DNA of 64,000 bases from the IMG/VR virus record IMGVR_UViG_3300022660_000065, positions 24,187 through 88,186 of that record. One strand, 5' to 3'. The notes below the pieces were generated by a model that did not search any database, was not told where the DNA came from, and was given only the letters and a program-made list of their open reading frames with translations. Origin of the DNA: a virus (lineage: Duplodnaviria > Caudoviricetes). The first letter of the stretch is position 1. Each line of letters opens with the position of its first letter. A program made the translations under genes and the position numbers. This document shows, in pieces, positions 10,331 to 20,813 of the stretch.

Positions 10331-10837
10331 TTATTGATGTCTTTCATTAAAATCTTGTTCGTCAGGAGTAAGATGCCTTTTCTTATAAGTATCCAAATCC
10401 CAATATCTATAATTATCTAATGCATAATCTAATTTTTTCTCAATATCATCTGCAACTTCATCATGTGACCTACCCCCAAATGTTGAATTAAATTTGTCTT
10501 TCTCATGACCTTTCAAAGAAACCAACTGTTTCTTTTTTCTTTGAACATAAGTTTGCACTTCAGAAAAAAGATTTTTTATTTTTTGCGCAAGAATTGGACC
10601 TTGCGTGTTTTCAGGTTGTTCATCATCTTTATACCAATGTTCATATGCTTCACCTTTCAATGCCTGTTGCATTTTATTACATGCTTCTTCAAAATCGTAC
10701 ATGGCACCATCAAGCATATCAACTCTGTTATCAGATTTCTTTACGGCATCTTCTGCAGTTCCCCAAGAGATTTCGTTTAAAATCCTTTTTGTTGATTCGA
10801 CCAATATGTAATTAAATTCTTTCTCAGCCAGTTTCAT
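10331..10837 (-). CDS. Hypothetical protein with putative capsid-targeting leader
   Basis: Starts MKLAEKEFNYILVESTKRILNE; ACTATTTAT motif on the minus strand at 10861-10869. Confidence 0.65.
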   Translation of the reverse strand: MKLAEKEFNYILVESTKRILNEISWGTAEDAVKKSDNRVDMLDGAMYDFEEACNKMQQALKGEAYEHWYKDDEQPENTQGPILAQKIKNLFSEVQTYVQRKKKQLVSLKGHEKDKFNSTFGGRSHDEVADDIEKKLDYALDNYRYWDLDTYKKRHLTPDEQDFNERHQ

Positions 10838-10929
10838 AATTAAAACCCAATTATCTCCCTATAAATAGTTTAATGAAACTAAATGTGTTTTTCTTCTATA
10901 TTGGATATTTATAGTAAATGGTTTATTGC

Positions 10930-12384
10930 ATGAAAATTACTGAAAATCAACTCTATGAAATGTTCTCAAAGAGTGTTAACAAGATTTTGATGGAAGGGCC
11001 TTCACAACAGAATGGCCCGGATGTCGACGGAACATTTAATCAGGAGTATGTTGATAAGAATATAAAGAAACGTGGGCTTGTTGACCCGAGTCAAAATGGT
11101 AAAGCCAAGATTGATGGAAAATATGCAGCGGTAAAAGGAGGGAAAACGGCTTTAGGCGCTGCTGGTATGAGGGTTGGCACAGTTCTTGGTGCTGCGGCAA
11201 TGGGTGCAATTGCGGGAGTTGGTGGTGCAACACTTGCTCTTGGAAACATTCTTAACATCGCAGGCCTTGGTATTCTTGTGGGTAACTATGTTTCTAACAT
11301 AAATGCACTGAATAAGGTTTCAAAACTTGAATTCCCCAAGAACCCACAAAGCGCAATGAAATATGCAAGATATGCTGCTGCCGAGAGGGTTAATGCTCAA
11401 CAGATTTGTCTTAACATTCAGCAGAATCTCAAAAATGCAATGAATGCGTGGAATCTTGTTTATACAGGAGAAACTTATGATTGGCAGACGCTTCTTAATA
11501 CCATTAACAACCAAGGAGGACAGACAAAAGCACGTTTTAAGGACCGTGGTCAAACACAACAAATTGATGTTGATTTTGATAAAAATCTCACTGACAAAAA
11601 TGCGGGACAGAACGAAAGCATTTATCATGGCGATTTGTTAGAAGCCACAGATTACGATAAAACAATAAAAAGCGTTGCTGAATTCAAGACCGATTTTCAG
11701 CAGGATAAAGCGGGGGGCGAACAGGTTCTTGTTGGACTTGGTGAAGCATATGTTAAATCATATGGAGTGTGGATGCAGTGGACACGTTATATTAACGTTC
11801 TTGTTCATAAATTTCAGAAATATGGAGTTACTTGGGAACGTGTAATTCATTCAAACAATGAGTTTGGTGTTAAAAACACATTGATTACATTTGCCAATGA
11901 ATTGTTTGGTACTAAGATACCACTTCAGGGGCTTGATGGTAAGGAGGAATATCAGGGTAAATCTCAAACGAAAGAAATCATACTTCGCCTTGTTGCCAAC
12001 AATTGGGGAACCGGTGCGAAATATGGACGTTACAAAGGAACATCATATACATTACTTCAGCAAGAAAAAACAAACAATTTCTTCGCACTTGAACCACTTG
12101 ACTACACAACAATGCAGAGTAACGGAAGTTGGGTTGGGGGACGTTTGTATTCAAACCCACTTGGAAACGGTATGGTGGAGGTTATTAGAGTCAACAATGG
12201 ACAAAATGCCCAAAACACTAATTTGGGACAATGCCCTGATTTTGATAATTTAAGCAAGGGACAGGGAATCACCTTCAATTATGCACCAAACATGGTTTCA
12301 AATACTACACAGGACCCTAATGGTAAAAACGTATATATATTGAAACCTAACGCCGCATTTAGTATGATTGTATTTGATGATTAA
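10930..12384 (+). CDS. Putative internal virion protein with Gly/Ala-rich hydrophobic segment
   Basis: Leader MKITENQLYEMFSKSVNKILME (ATG 10930); stretch GAAGMRVGTVLGAAAMGAIAGVGGATLALG...LGILVG; GATATTTAT at 10904. Confidence 0.6.
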   Translation: MKITENQLYEMFSKSVNKILMEGPSQQNGPDVDGTFNQEYVDKNIKKRGLVDPSQNGKAKIDGKYAAVKGGKTALGAAGMRVGTVLGAAAMGAIAGVGGATLALGNILNIAGLGILVGNYVSNINALNKVSKLEFPKNPQSAMKYARYAAAERVNAQQICLNIQQNLKNAMNAWNLVYTGETYDWQTLLNTINNQGGQTKARFKDRGQTQQIDVDFDKNLTDKNAGQNESIYHGDLLEATDYDKTIKSVAEFKTDFQQDKAGGEQVLVGLGEAYVKSYGVWMQWTRYINVLVHKFQKYGVTWERVIHSNNEFGVKNTLITFANELFGTKIPLQGLDGKEEYQGKSQTKEIILRLVANNWGTGAKYGRYKGTSYTLLQQEKTNNFFALEPLDYTTMQSNGSWVGGRLYSNPLGNGMVEVIRVNNGQNAQNTNLGQCPDFDNLSKGQGITFNYAPNMVSNTTQDPNGKNVYILKPNAAFSMIVFDD

Positions 12385-12400
12385 AAAACAATAATTACGT

Positions 12401-13210
12401 ATGATAGAAAAATGGTATAGGGGACATGAAGGTTCAAGGCATGCACTTGACAATTTTGGGATAATATGGTTATCAGCCGACCCTGAATATGCTCAGTTAT
12501 ACGCCGATGAATATCCTGATGGAATTGTGTCAACAGTGTGGGTTGATATGGATAAACTTAATTATTTCGATAATTATTATGATAATAATTTTGATGTGTA
12601 TGACCCCGACATGAGATTGGTTAGGGAATATATGGAAGAGGGTGGAAATTGTTATACCTTTCCCGTGGGAGATGGAATAGATGTTCTTGCATTAGTTTCA
12701 ACAGAACCGGTAATAAAAGTAGAAAGAAAAATAGTTGAAAATATGAAACTTAATTACAATGATATTAGATATATCATGCACGAAGCAACAAAAAGAATTC
12801 TTTCAGAACGTTATAATCACATGAAAGAGGAAGATTTCAGTATCGATATATTTGAACTTGAAATTGACCCATCATTTGAAGAGGAACTTGATGACTATTC
12901 ACGAATGGAAGGTGGTATGAATGAAGTTCATGTAATATGTACATTTAATTGTTTTGAAGGCCAAGAGGGTTCTTATGAACAGGAACCAATATCCCCATAT
13001 TGCAATCTTGAAGATGTACAGCCGGGAAATAATGAAGGCCTTATGCAAAACATGTCTCCTGAATTGTTCGCAGCCGTAATTAACTCAGCTCTTGACTATG
13101 TTTGGAAGCATCAGCAAGAGTTTGAAGAGGATTTCATTACTGAGTGCGAACCGGACCCTATGGATTTCTTCGATGAGGATGAATATCGTTATAAAAAATT
13201 AGGATATTAA
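12401..13210 (+). CDS. Two-domain protein: ADP-ribosyltransferase-like N-terminus plus internal leader and acidic domain
   Basis: WYRG...GIIWLSADPEYAQLYA...GIVSTVWV resembles the ART fold; internal in-frame MKLNYNDIRYIMHEATKRILSE at 12743. Confidence 0.5.
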   Translation: MIEKWYRGHEGSRHALDNFGIIWLSADPEYAQLYADEYPDGIVSTVWVDMDKLNYFDNYYDNNFDVYDPDMRLVREYMEEGGNCYTFPVGDGIDVLALVSTEPVIKVERKIVENMKLNYNDIRYIMHEATKRILSERYNHMKEEDFSIDIFELEIDPSFEEELDDYSRMEGGMNEVHVICTFNCFEGQEGSYEQEPISPYCNLEDVQPGNNEGLMQNMSPELFAAVINSALDYVWKHQQEFEEDFITECEPDPMDFFDEDEYRYKKLGY

Positions 13211-13214
13211 TATT

Positions 13215-14345
13215 ATGACAAGGGTAACTGATGATGTAAAATCATTATTTAAGAGAGTTCGAACACTTCTTGGTGCACCAATTAGAATGGTCGAAATAAG
13301 TGATGAAGAATTTTGTAATCTTCTTGATATTTGTATTGAAGATTATGCTTCAAAAGTTCAAAACTTTCTCATTGACACACAGTGGCAGTCTCTTTATGGG
13401 AAGAAAATTGATGCTACTGACTTTGCTCATGCCCTTTCAACAAGAACTTTTGATTATACCAAGGATTATTCATATTGGTTCTCCAAGGAAGTTGGATTAC
13501 AACAGGAGGGACCTTGGGAATTGAAAAAAGATTTCTTTGAAATAGAGAAGGGTAAACAAGTTTATGTTGTTCCTTCAGGAAGAACCATCAATAAGGTTAT
13601 GTGGGTTAATCCACCTGTATCGCAAGCAGCGTTGTTTGCTAACTATGGTGGTATTGATATTGGATTTGGTGGTGGTTTTGCACAACTTGGTGGTGGGGCT
13701 TATGGCCCTGTTGGGGGATTTTACACAGCGCCTGCAGCCGATGTTGCTTATCTTGCGACTGATATCCAATATAAGAACCGTCTTTTAAGGGGGGACCTCG
13801 TTTATAAAGTGACTGCAGGCCCTAACGGTACTCACCTTATTCATCTTATGTCAACGCCCGGTTCAAAACTTTCTTTTGGTTTCATGGGTGGTGTAAATGG
13901 TGGCATAGGACTTGTTGGATGTGAGGTTTGGTATACATATTATGATACAGTAACAAAAGAGGAAGAGGACCAATGTCGTCTCGATAATATCAATAATGTT
14001 GTATTGACGCCTGACCAAGTTCCATTGAATAAAATGGATTGGAATTATCTTAATGATGCAACAAAAACAATTATCAGACAACTTCTTGTTGCAAAAGCGA
14101 AAGAAACATTAGGTATCATACGAGGTACATTTAGTGGTAAAATCCATCTTCCACAGGCTGAAGCGCAAATGGATTATCAGATGTTGATAAATCAAGGACA
14201 AAGAGAGTATGAACAAGTAATGCAGACTCTTGAAAAACGCCTTGAAAAACTTACACCCGAATCAATAGCCGAGCGTGAAGCCAATATTGTTAAGAATACA
14301 TTAGAGAGACAAAAGGGTACACCTTTGGGAATATATCTGTTTTAA
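13215..14345 (+). CDS. gp13: Neck/head-tail adaptor protein (gp13-like)
   Basis: N-terminal RVRTLLGAPIRMVEISDEEF..LLDICIEDY and C-terminal AKAKETLGIIRG...; adjacent to portal. Confidence 0.75.
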   Translation: MTRVTDDVKSLFKRVRTLLGAPIRMVEISDEEFCNLLDICIEDYASKVQNFLIDTQWQSLYGKKIDATDFAHALSTRTFDYTKDYSYWFSKEVGLQQEGPWELKKDFFEIEKGKQVYVVPSGRTINKVMWVNPPVSQAALFANYGGIDIGFGGGFAQLGGGAYGPVGGFYTAPAADVAYLATDIQYKNRLLRGDLVYKVTAGPNGTHLIHLMSTPGSKLSFGFMGGVNGGIGLVGCEVWYTYYDTVTKEEEDQCRLDNINNVVLTPDQVPLNKMDWNYLNDATKTIIRQLLVAKAKETLGIIRGTFSGKIHLPQAEAQMDYQMLINQGQREYEQVMQTLEKRLEKLTPESIAEREANIVKNTLERQKGTPLGIYLF

Positions 14346-14429
14346 ATGATGGAGGGGGTGAACATATGGCCTCCTCTAAATCTTTATAATCAAAAGATTA
14401 TACCCTATATTATTTTAGAAATATTTTGA

Positions 14430-16493
14430 ATGATGGCTAATAAGAATAGAAACATATTTTCGGGCTTGAATGACGTTCTTTTTGGTAGTTCCATACCAAA
14501 AGAATTTAAGAAAACGACAACATATAATATCGGTAATTCAAACCCAGTTCTTTATTCAACCAATAGTAGAGAGGATTATGAACAGAAGAAACTTCAATTG
14601 AGGCAACAAAAACTCCTTTCCTATCAATGGGTGAAATCAGGCGTGGATAACATGCAGGATTCCCTTGCAGGTCTCACAAGTGTAAAACTTATGTACAGGG
14701 ATGCTGACCTTATGTGCTCAGATACATATATTTCAAGTGCATTGGAGATTGTATCGGATGAGGCTTGCTGTATCAATTCCAAAGGAAAGATGCTTAATAT
14801 CTATTCAAAATCAGAAAGAATAAAAGCAGTTCTTGAGGATTTGTTTGTTAACAGATTGGATGTTAATACAATACTTCCTGCAATATGTTATAACATGTTG
14901 AAATACGGTAACGAATATATGCTCTTTAACCTTAATATTGAAGAGGGTATTACAGGATGGAGAGAGATACCACCATATGATATGGAACGTTATGAAAACG
15001 GTATGGATAGTCCTTATGTTGCACCCGCCAATTTGGTTCATGGTAATGGTTTAAAACCAGAAGAAACTAAATTTGTGCGTGTAGGTAAGAATGAAAGTCT
15101 TCCTTATAGGAGTTGGCAAATCGCCCATTTCCGTTATTTAACCGACACATTTTTCCTCCCTTATGGAGTTTCTTATATACATAAGGCACGTAGGGCTTGG
15201 AGAATGTTGTCAATGATGGAAGACTCAATGTTGATATATCGTCTCGACAAAAGTGTTGAAAGAAGGGTATTCAAAATATATGTGGGCGCAATTGATGAAC
15301 AGGATGTTCCTGCTTATGTACAGGATGTTGCTAACAATTTCAAACGCACACCGCTTATTGACCCCGCAACAGGACAACTCGACCTTAAAAAGGGGTATGC
15401 TGATGTGACTTCAGATTATTTCATCCCTGTCCGTTCTGAGAACGCCCCTAACCCAATTGAAACTCTTCCAAGTGCACAGAACAACACACAGATGGATGAT
15501 ATTGAATATATGAAGAATAAGGTTCTTGCAGCACTTCGATTGCCTAAAACTTTCTTGAATTTCCAAGAAGCACAAGGAAAGGGGCAAAATCTTTCTATCA
15601 TGGATATTCGTTTCTGTAGAATGGTTAATAGGGTACAGCAATTCCTTATTATGGAGTTGAATAAGATTGCCATTACCCATCTATATCTTCTTGGTTTTGA
15701 AGATGACCTTACCAATTTCTCAATTACAATGAATAACCCATCGCCTCAGATAGAAGCACAGGAACTTGAAGATATTACTAAGAGGGCGACTGTGGCACAA
15801 CAACTTCTTTCAGACCCAGGTAATGGAATCCAAATGTGGAGTCTTCATAGAGTTCTTAAAGAAATCATGAAGATGACAGATAAGGAAATTGCCGACAACC
15901 TTAATGAGATACGTCTTGAAAAGGCTCTTGCTGCGGAACTTATGAAGACAGAACAGATTATTAAGAGAACAGGCCTCTTCGACCCTATTGATAATATCTA
16001 TGGCGAAATTGATGCTGAATATCAGGAAGGTAACCCTCAGGAAGGTGGTGGCATGGGTGCCGGTGGAGCCATGGGAGGCGGTGGATTCGGTGCAGGCCTT
16101 GGTGGTGGAATGGATGACATTGGAAGCGATGTTGACAGTCTCGGTGCCCCGGGAGCCGATACAAGTGGCGATATAGGCGGCGAAACAGGGACAGTTGATA
16201 TGGGGGGAGCCGCTGCCGCTGATGCAGGAAATGCCACAATGGAAAACACAACAAAAAACAAGAATCTAATTCTCGAAAACATTTTTATGGGAAAGCATGA
16301 TATCAAGAAATCGGTAATTAATGAATATATTAACCGCCTTAAAGAAAATGATATTGATGAAAACGAAAAGATGAACACCCGTGTTGATTTTGTCAGTGAA
16401 AATCTTATTCTAAATGAAACAACCCAATCACTTTTAGATGGGCTTTCCAAAAGATTGAATGAGATTGATAAGGAAGGTGATAATGTTCTTTAA
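14430..16493 (+). CDS. gp20: Portal protein (gp20-like)
   Basis: MMEDSMLIYRLDKSVERRVFKIYVG, DYFIPVR, IETLP, DDIEY...LAALRLPK, DIRFCRMVNRVQ motifs. Confidence 0.95.
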   Translation: MMANKNRNIFSGLNDVLFGSSIPKEFKKTTTYNIGNSNPVLYSTNSREDYEQKKLQLRQQKLLSYQWVKSGVDNMQDSLAGLTSVKLMYRDADLMCSDTYISSALEIVSDEACCINSKGKMLNIYSKSERIKAVLEDLFVNRLDVNTILPAICYNMLKYGNEYMLFNLNIEEGITGWREIPPYDMERYENGMDSPYVAPANLVHGNGLKPEETKFVRVGKNESLPYRSWQIAHFRYLTDTFFLPYGVSYIHKARRAWRMLSMMEDSMLIYRLDKSVERRVFKIYVGAIDEQDVPAYVQDVANNFKRTPLIDPATGQLDLKKGYADVTSDYFIPVRSENAPNPIETLPSAQNNTQMDDIEYMKNKVLAALRLPKTFLNFQEAQGKGQNLSIMDIRFCRMVNRVQQFLIMELNKIAITHLYLLGFEDDLTNFSITMNNPSPQIEAQELEDITKRATVAQQLLSDPGNGIQMWSLHRVLKEIMKMTDKEIADNLNEIRLEKALAAELMKTEQIIKRTGLFDPIDNIYGEIDAEYQEGNPQEGGGMGAGGAMGGGGFGAGLGGGMDDIGSDVDSLGAPGADTSGDIGGETGTVDMGGAAAADAGNATMENTTKNKNLILENIFMGKHDIKKSVINEYINRLKENDIDENEKMNTRVDFVSENLILNETTQSLLDGLSKRLNEIDKEGDNVL

Positions 16494-16529
16494 CAGACTA
16501 TTTATTGTAAATTAAAAACGAAATTCATT

Positions 16530-17444
16530 ATGAAAAAAAACATATTATACGAATCAGTATCTAATGTCAACGACCTCGATACCCTTAATGAAATGAAAAA
16601 CAAATTCATCTCTCTTTGCGAAAAGAGAGAAAAAGAGTTAAATGTTATTGCAGAGGCTGAAAATCTTAATACAAACTCATTTCTTTTTATTAAAGAAAGT
16701 TTTGCGAGTCTTTGCCCATCACTTATTAAAACAAAAAAAGGGGCTGCACTTATTAAAAAATATGTCAAGGAACATAAAGAAAATAAAGACCTTCGGAAAA
16801 TGTTCAACATTTATGAGAATATCACATCAATTGATAACACCATCAATGTTGAAACATTCGTGAATGAAATGAAAACAATGGTGGGAGACCTTGATTTTGA
16901 CTCTTTAAATGAGGGTATTTCACGTTTAAATACAATTTTGAAGCAAGGATACATTGAAGTTGGAGAAGAGGCTAAAAACGCCGTTTCTGCACATAATAAC
17001 AGGGTATTGGATGAATCAGTAAACTATGTCTTCGGAAATACCAAGAAACTCGACAACATGGCCCGTTATAATCTATGTGTTAATGAGATTAAAAAATTTG
17101 TTGCTGAAAACAAGATAAATCCTCTTTCATTCAAGAGCAATACCAATTTAGATAATCTTGTTGAAGAATTTAACAATCGTTTTTCCGCAGATATAATTGG
17201 AGAGAAGAATTTTGCTCTCATTAAGGAAATTCATGAATGTGAGAATAAAAACGAGATTTTTGAAAAGTATAAGAACGAGTGTATTAACAAAATTAACGAA
17301 GCAATTAATGCTAACATCAGTCAGGAAACATGTAATCAACTCGTTGAATTCAGAACTCGCCTAACAAAAAAAGAATACAACCCTGAAACTTTGGGAATGG
17401 ATATCACAAATTTCATTGAACTTGGAGAAACTGTTTCAGAATAA
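16530..17444 (+). CDS. Hypothetical protein downstream of portal
   Basis: 304-aa ORF; ACTATTTAT at 16497-16505. Confidence 0.6.
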   Translation: MKKNILYESVSNVNDLDTLNEMKNKFISLCEKREKELNVIAEAENLNTNSFLFIKESFASLCPSLIKTKKGAALIKKYVKEHKENKDLRKMFNIYENITSIDNTINVETFVNEMKTMVGDLDFDSLNEGISRLNTILKQGYIEVGEEAKNAVSAHNNRVLDESVNYVFGNTKKLDNMARYNLCVNEIKKFVAENKINPLSFKSNTNLDNLVEEFNNRFSADIIGEKNFALIKEIHECENKNEIFEKYKNECINKINEAINANISQETCNQLVEFRTRLTKKEYNPETLGMDITNFIELGETVSE

Positions 17445-17446
17445 AG

Positions 17447-17473
17447 AAAAGCCTGAGAAAATCTCAGGCTTTT
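17447..17473. terminator. Bidirectional terminator
   Basis: AAAAGCCTGAGA-AAA-TCTCAGGCTTTT between convergent ORFs. Confidence 0.8.
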
Positions 17474-17866
17474 TTATTTTATATAAATTTTTAAATCTTC
17501 TGATATCGGAACGATAAGTTTTCCTTGCGGAAAATCCACACCTTCCTCAGTAAGATTTCCGTGGAAATCTATCGTAAACTGCCCCTTATATACCCCGCTT
17601 TCCTTTGTATCACGTTCTCTCCAACGATATTCAATTACATATTTTTCTTCACATCCATCTGTTTTTGCGAGAATAACATTACAAGGCGCTTTAGATATTT
17701 TCAATACATCAGTATCTACATTCCACATTGAAAATGTTATTGTAGCATCCTGTAATGATTTATTAATGATATCCGATTTAAGGAAATCAGTTCTTCCATC
17801 ATTTATTAATTCAATTCTGAGGTACGGAGCGGTAGCCCCCTTTATAATAAAAAATTCTTGATTCAT
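17474..17866 (-). CDS. Small putative structural protein (BppU-N/Ig-like, tentative)
   Basis: Beta-rich 130-aa ORF (GVYKGQFTIDF...LIVP); ACTATTTAT on the minus strand at 17884-17892. Confidence 0.45.
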   Translation of the reverse strand: MNQEFFIIKGATAPYLRIELINDGRTDFLKSDIINKSLQDATITFSMWNVDTDVLKISKAPCNVILAKTDGCEEKYVIEYRWRERDTKESGVYKGQFTIDFHGNLTEEGVDFPQGKLIVPISEDLKIYIK

Positions 17867-18327
17867 GCCAATATATTTTCCTTATAAATAGTTTTCTTCT
17901 CAGGTTTATTGATTGCAAAGCCACTGTAATTGATTGTCTTCTTAAATTCTTTGAATAATTTTGGTGACAGTGAAATTGTTTCATCAAGAAGTTCTGAAGC
18001 GGTAGCACCTTTTGTTTGCTTTAAATGACATTGAACCGATAGATAAGATTTCTTACCAATTTTCATTCGTTCATAAGGTATTTCAACAGAACAGATATAA
18101 TTCTTTTCAAAAATAGGATTTTGATTAATGAAATTTTTTATATTATCATTAATTGATTTTTCCATGAAATCAGTATCCTCTTTATATTCATCTTTCTGCT
18201 GAAACGGAGTAACAAATACCCCGGTTTCAATATACACACTTGTGGGTTTTTCCCTATTAAGCATACCTATTTTAATTTTGAATCCGTCATCTTCAAATTT
18301 CTTTTCAATACCCAAACGTTTAGCCAT
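17863..18327 (-). CDS. Hypothetical protein
   Basis: 154-aa ORF with an upstream sigma70-like promoter. Confidence 0.6.
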   Translation of the reverse strand: MAKRLGIEKKFEDDGFKIKIGMLNREKPTSVYIETGVFVTPFQQKDEYKEDTDFMEKSINDNIKNFINQNPIFEKNYICSVEIPYERMKIGKKSYLSVQCHLKQTKGATASELLDETISLSPKLFKEFKKTINYSGFAINKPEKKTIYKENILA

Positions 18328-18333
18328 CTTAAA

Positions 18334-18378
18334 AATATATTTCCCTATTAATATAGGGAAATATATTCAAAAAGTCAA
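18334..18378 (-). promoter_or_regulatory. Sigma70-like promoter overlapped by a perfect 15-bp inverted repeat
   Basis: TTGACT-N17-TATATT (18378-18350); AATATATTTCCCTAT-TAAT-ATAGGGAAATATATT at 18334-18367. Confidence 0.6.
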
Positions 18379-18526
18379 GAGGTAATAATGGAAAATTTAA
18401 AAAAAATGAAGGGAGGTCTTCTTCATGAAGAGCCTCCCCAGTCTTAATACGTAAGTATTTGACCTCAGCCAATCTGAGATTTAACTATGTTGTTAGTGTG
18501 CGTAAGTATTTTCGTATATACGAAGC

Positions 18527-19252
18527 CTACTCACCAAAATAGTTCAGAATTGTGTTGATAATCGGATTTCTAACCACATCTTCTTCCCCGAATTCAACGA
18601 TTCCCATTCTATCATCAGGGTATTCTTTAACTTTTTCAATTATATAATTGAGTCCTGATGTTTCCTTTTTAAGTTTTGGGTGGTCAATTTGGTCTGTATC
18701 ACCCATTATAATAAATTTTGCATTATATGATATTCTTGTCAACAAGGTTTTCATCCCCCGTATTGTTAGATTTTGCATTTCATCGCCCAAAACAATACAG
18801 TTTTTGAGATTTACGCCTCTTAAAAAAGATATTGGCATGTATTCTATATAACCTTGTTCAAATAACTTTTCTCTACTTCCTTTCCCAATTAACTCATCTA
18901 TAACAATTTGAAAACTCATCATACTTGGATAGAGTTTCTCATTCACAGTTCCCGGTAACAAACCCAAAGGTTCTTCACTCTGTATTGAACTTGTTACAAG
19001 ATATATTTTTTCAAATTCTTCTTTTTCTTTTAAAAGTTCCAAGGCCTTGCAAACAGCGACGTAAGTTTTCCCACAGCCCGCTTTACCTTTCACAAACACC
19101 ATTTCAACATTATCATTATCAATGAGGTTTGCATAGTCCTTCTGTTTCTTGTTCTTGCACTTTAATCTCACCTTATAGGGGAGTTTCTTTTGAGGGATGT
19201 AGAGTTCTTCCTCGTTTGGTAACACCACCTCAGTCTTCTTTTTCTTTCCCAT
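18527..19252 (-). CDS. phoH: PhoH-family ATPase
   Basis: GKAGCGKT Walker A, LGLLPG, FLRG, DEMQN, GDTDQID, DVVRNP motifs; likely start is the ATG at 19252 (MGKKKK). Confidence 0.93.
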   Translation of the reverse strand: MGKKKKTEVVLPNEEELYIPQKKLPYKVRLKCKNKKQKDYANLIDNDNVEMVFVKGKAGCGKTYVAVCKALELLKEKEEFEKIYLVTSSIQSEEPLGLLPGTVNEKLYPSMMSFQIVIDELIGKGSREKLFEQGYIEYMPISFLRGVNLKNCIVLGDEMQNLTIRGMKTLLTRISYNAKFIIMGDTDQIDHPKLKKETSGLNYIIEKVKEYPDDRMGIVEFGEEDVVRNPIINTILNYFGE

Positions 19253-19413
19253 TAAAAATTGGTTTCTGTCAATTATTTTGTTTATTCCGGAATAATTGCT
19301 TCTGATAATAAATATCATATATTGATTGAATATTTTGTCATGGAAGATATCAAAAACAAAGAAAAAAGTTCCTATTTTACCTAACTATTTATATATAAAT
19401 TACTTGATTGGTT

Positions 19414-20802
19414 ATGATAAAACACACTTTTTTAGATAAATGTTGTACCATTGTCATGGGTTCTGATTTGAACACAGGATTGAACCCTGTTGCTGAATTG
19501 AATTGTGGTAATGGCGTGTCGAGGGCGTTAATTCATTTTGATATTGAAGGGCTTAAAAAAATGGAAAAAGAGAAACGTTTTCCAAATAGAAACAGCCTTA
19601 AACACATATTACACCTTACCAATTGTGGTTCTGTAAATAATGATGTTCATAATCAAACCCTCACCTCATCAGGATGTATATCTAAAGAAAGAGCAACTTC
19701 ATTCGATGTTATTTTATTTAAAGTTCCAATGGAATGGGATAATGGTAAAGGCGTTGATTTTAAAACTGATTTTTGGATAACTGACAATCATAAATATTCA
19801 ACATCCGGTTGTAATTGGTTTCAACCTAAAAACGGCTATTTGTGGGAAGAAGAAGGAATATATACCTCTCATAACCTTTCACTTGAATATGATAAGTTTT
19901 CAGCAGGTGAGGATAGTCTGATTATATCCAGACAACATTTTGATATTGGTAATGAAAATTTTACTTTCGATATTACTGATTATGTAAATGACCTTATTGA
20001 TGAAAAAGAAGAAAATTACGGTCTCTGTCTTGCTTTTTCACCATTAGCGGAAATGAGTGAAACTGAGAAAACACAATATATTGGTTTCTTTGGGCCTTAT
20101 ACCAATACTTTTTTCCACCCATACCTTGAAACAACATATTACGAACCGATAAAAGACAATAGGAATAACTTCCATATTGGTGCTTTAAATCGTCTTTATT
20201 TCTATTGCGATGGTTTCAATTTGGATGAAATGCCAGTGTGCAAAATTGAGGGACTTAATGAGGCAATCAAGGTATATCAACAAACAACAGGGGTGTATTA
20301 CGCTGAACTTGTAATACCGATGGAATATGTTGAAGAAAATACAATTATGTACGACATATGGGATAATATCATCATAGAAGGAAAACTCCAACCATCATTT
20401 GAAAATGAATTCGTTGTTTTAGGCCCTAAAAAATTGTTCGGACACAGGGGTAACAATGAAGGTACATACATACCTTATACAACAGGTATTAACGATGATG
20501 AAAAATTGGCAATAGGAGAAACGAGGGAGGTTGAAATTACGTTCCGTAAAAAGTATTCAACCAATGAATATAAAGTATTTGATGATTCAGAATATCGTTT
20601 ATACTGTATGGATGGCAGCAAAGAACTCATTGTTTTTGACTGGCAGCCGATAGACTCATACCCTTCATCCAATAGTTTCATGTTAGACACGAATAACTTG
20701 ATACCAAATAGGTATATTGTTGACATCAGAAAAGGAAACGATTATTTCAAGGATGTACTACGTTTTGAAGTGGTAAGCAACGTCAATAACAAATACATTT
20801 AA
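19414..20802 (+). CDS. Putative structural protein (DNRLRE-like/beta-sandwich domains, tentative)
   Basis: SRALIHFDI motif, beta-rich C-terminus; ACTATTTAT at 19384-19392. Confidence 0.45.
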   Translation: MIKHTFLDKCCTIVMGSDLNTGLNPVAELNCGNGVSRALIHFDIEGLKKMEKEKRFPNRNSLKHILHLTNCGSVNNDVHNQTLTSSGCISKERATSFDVILFKVPMEWDNGKGVDFKTDFWITDNHKYSTSGCNWFQPKNGYLWEEEGIYTSHNLSLEYDKFSAGEDSLIISRQHFDIGNENFTFDITDYVNDLIDEKEENYGLCLAFSPLAEMSETEKTQYIGFFGPYTNTFFHPYLETTYYEPIKDNRNNFHIGALNRLYFYCDGFNLDEMPVCKIEGLNEAIKVYQQTTGVYYAELVIPMEYVEENTIMYDIWDNIIIEGKLQPSFENEFVVLGPKKLFGHRGNNEGTYIPYTTGINDDEKLAIGETREVEITFRKKYSTNEYKVFDDSEYRLYCMDGSKELIVFDWQPIDSYPSSNSFMLDTNNLIPNRYIVDIRKGNDYFKDVLRFEVVSNVNNKYI

Positions 20803-20813
20803 AAATAAATCAT

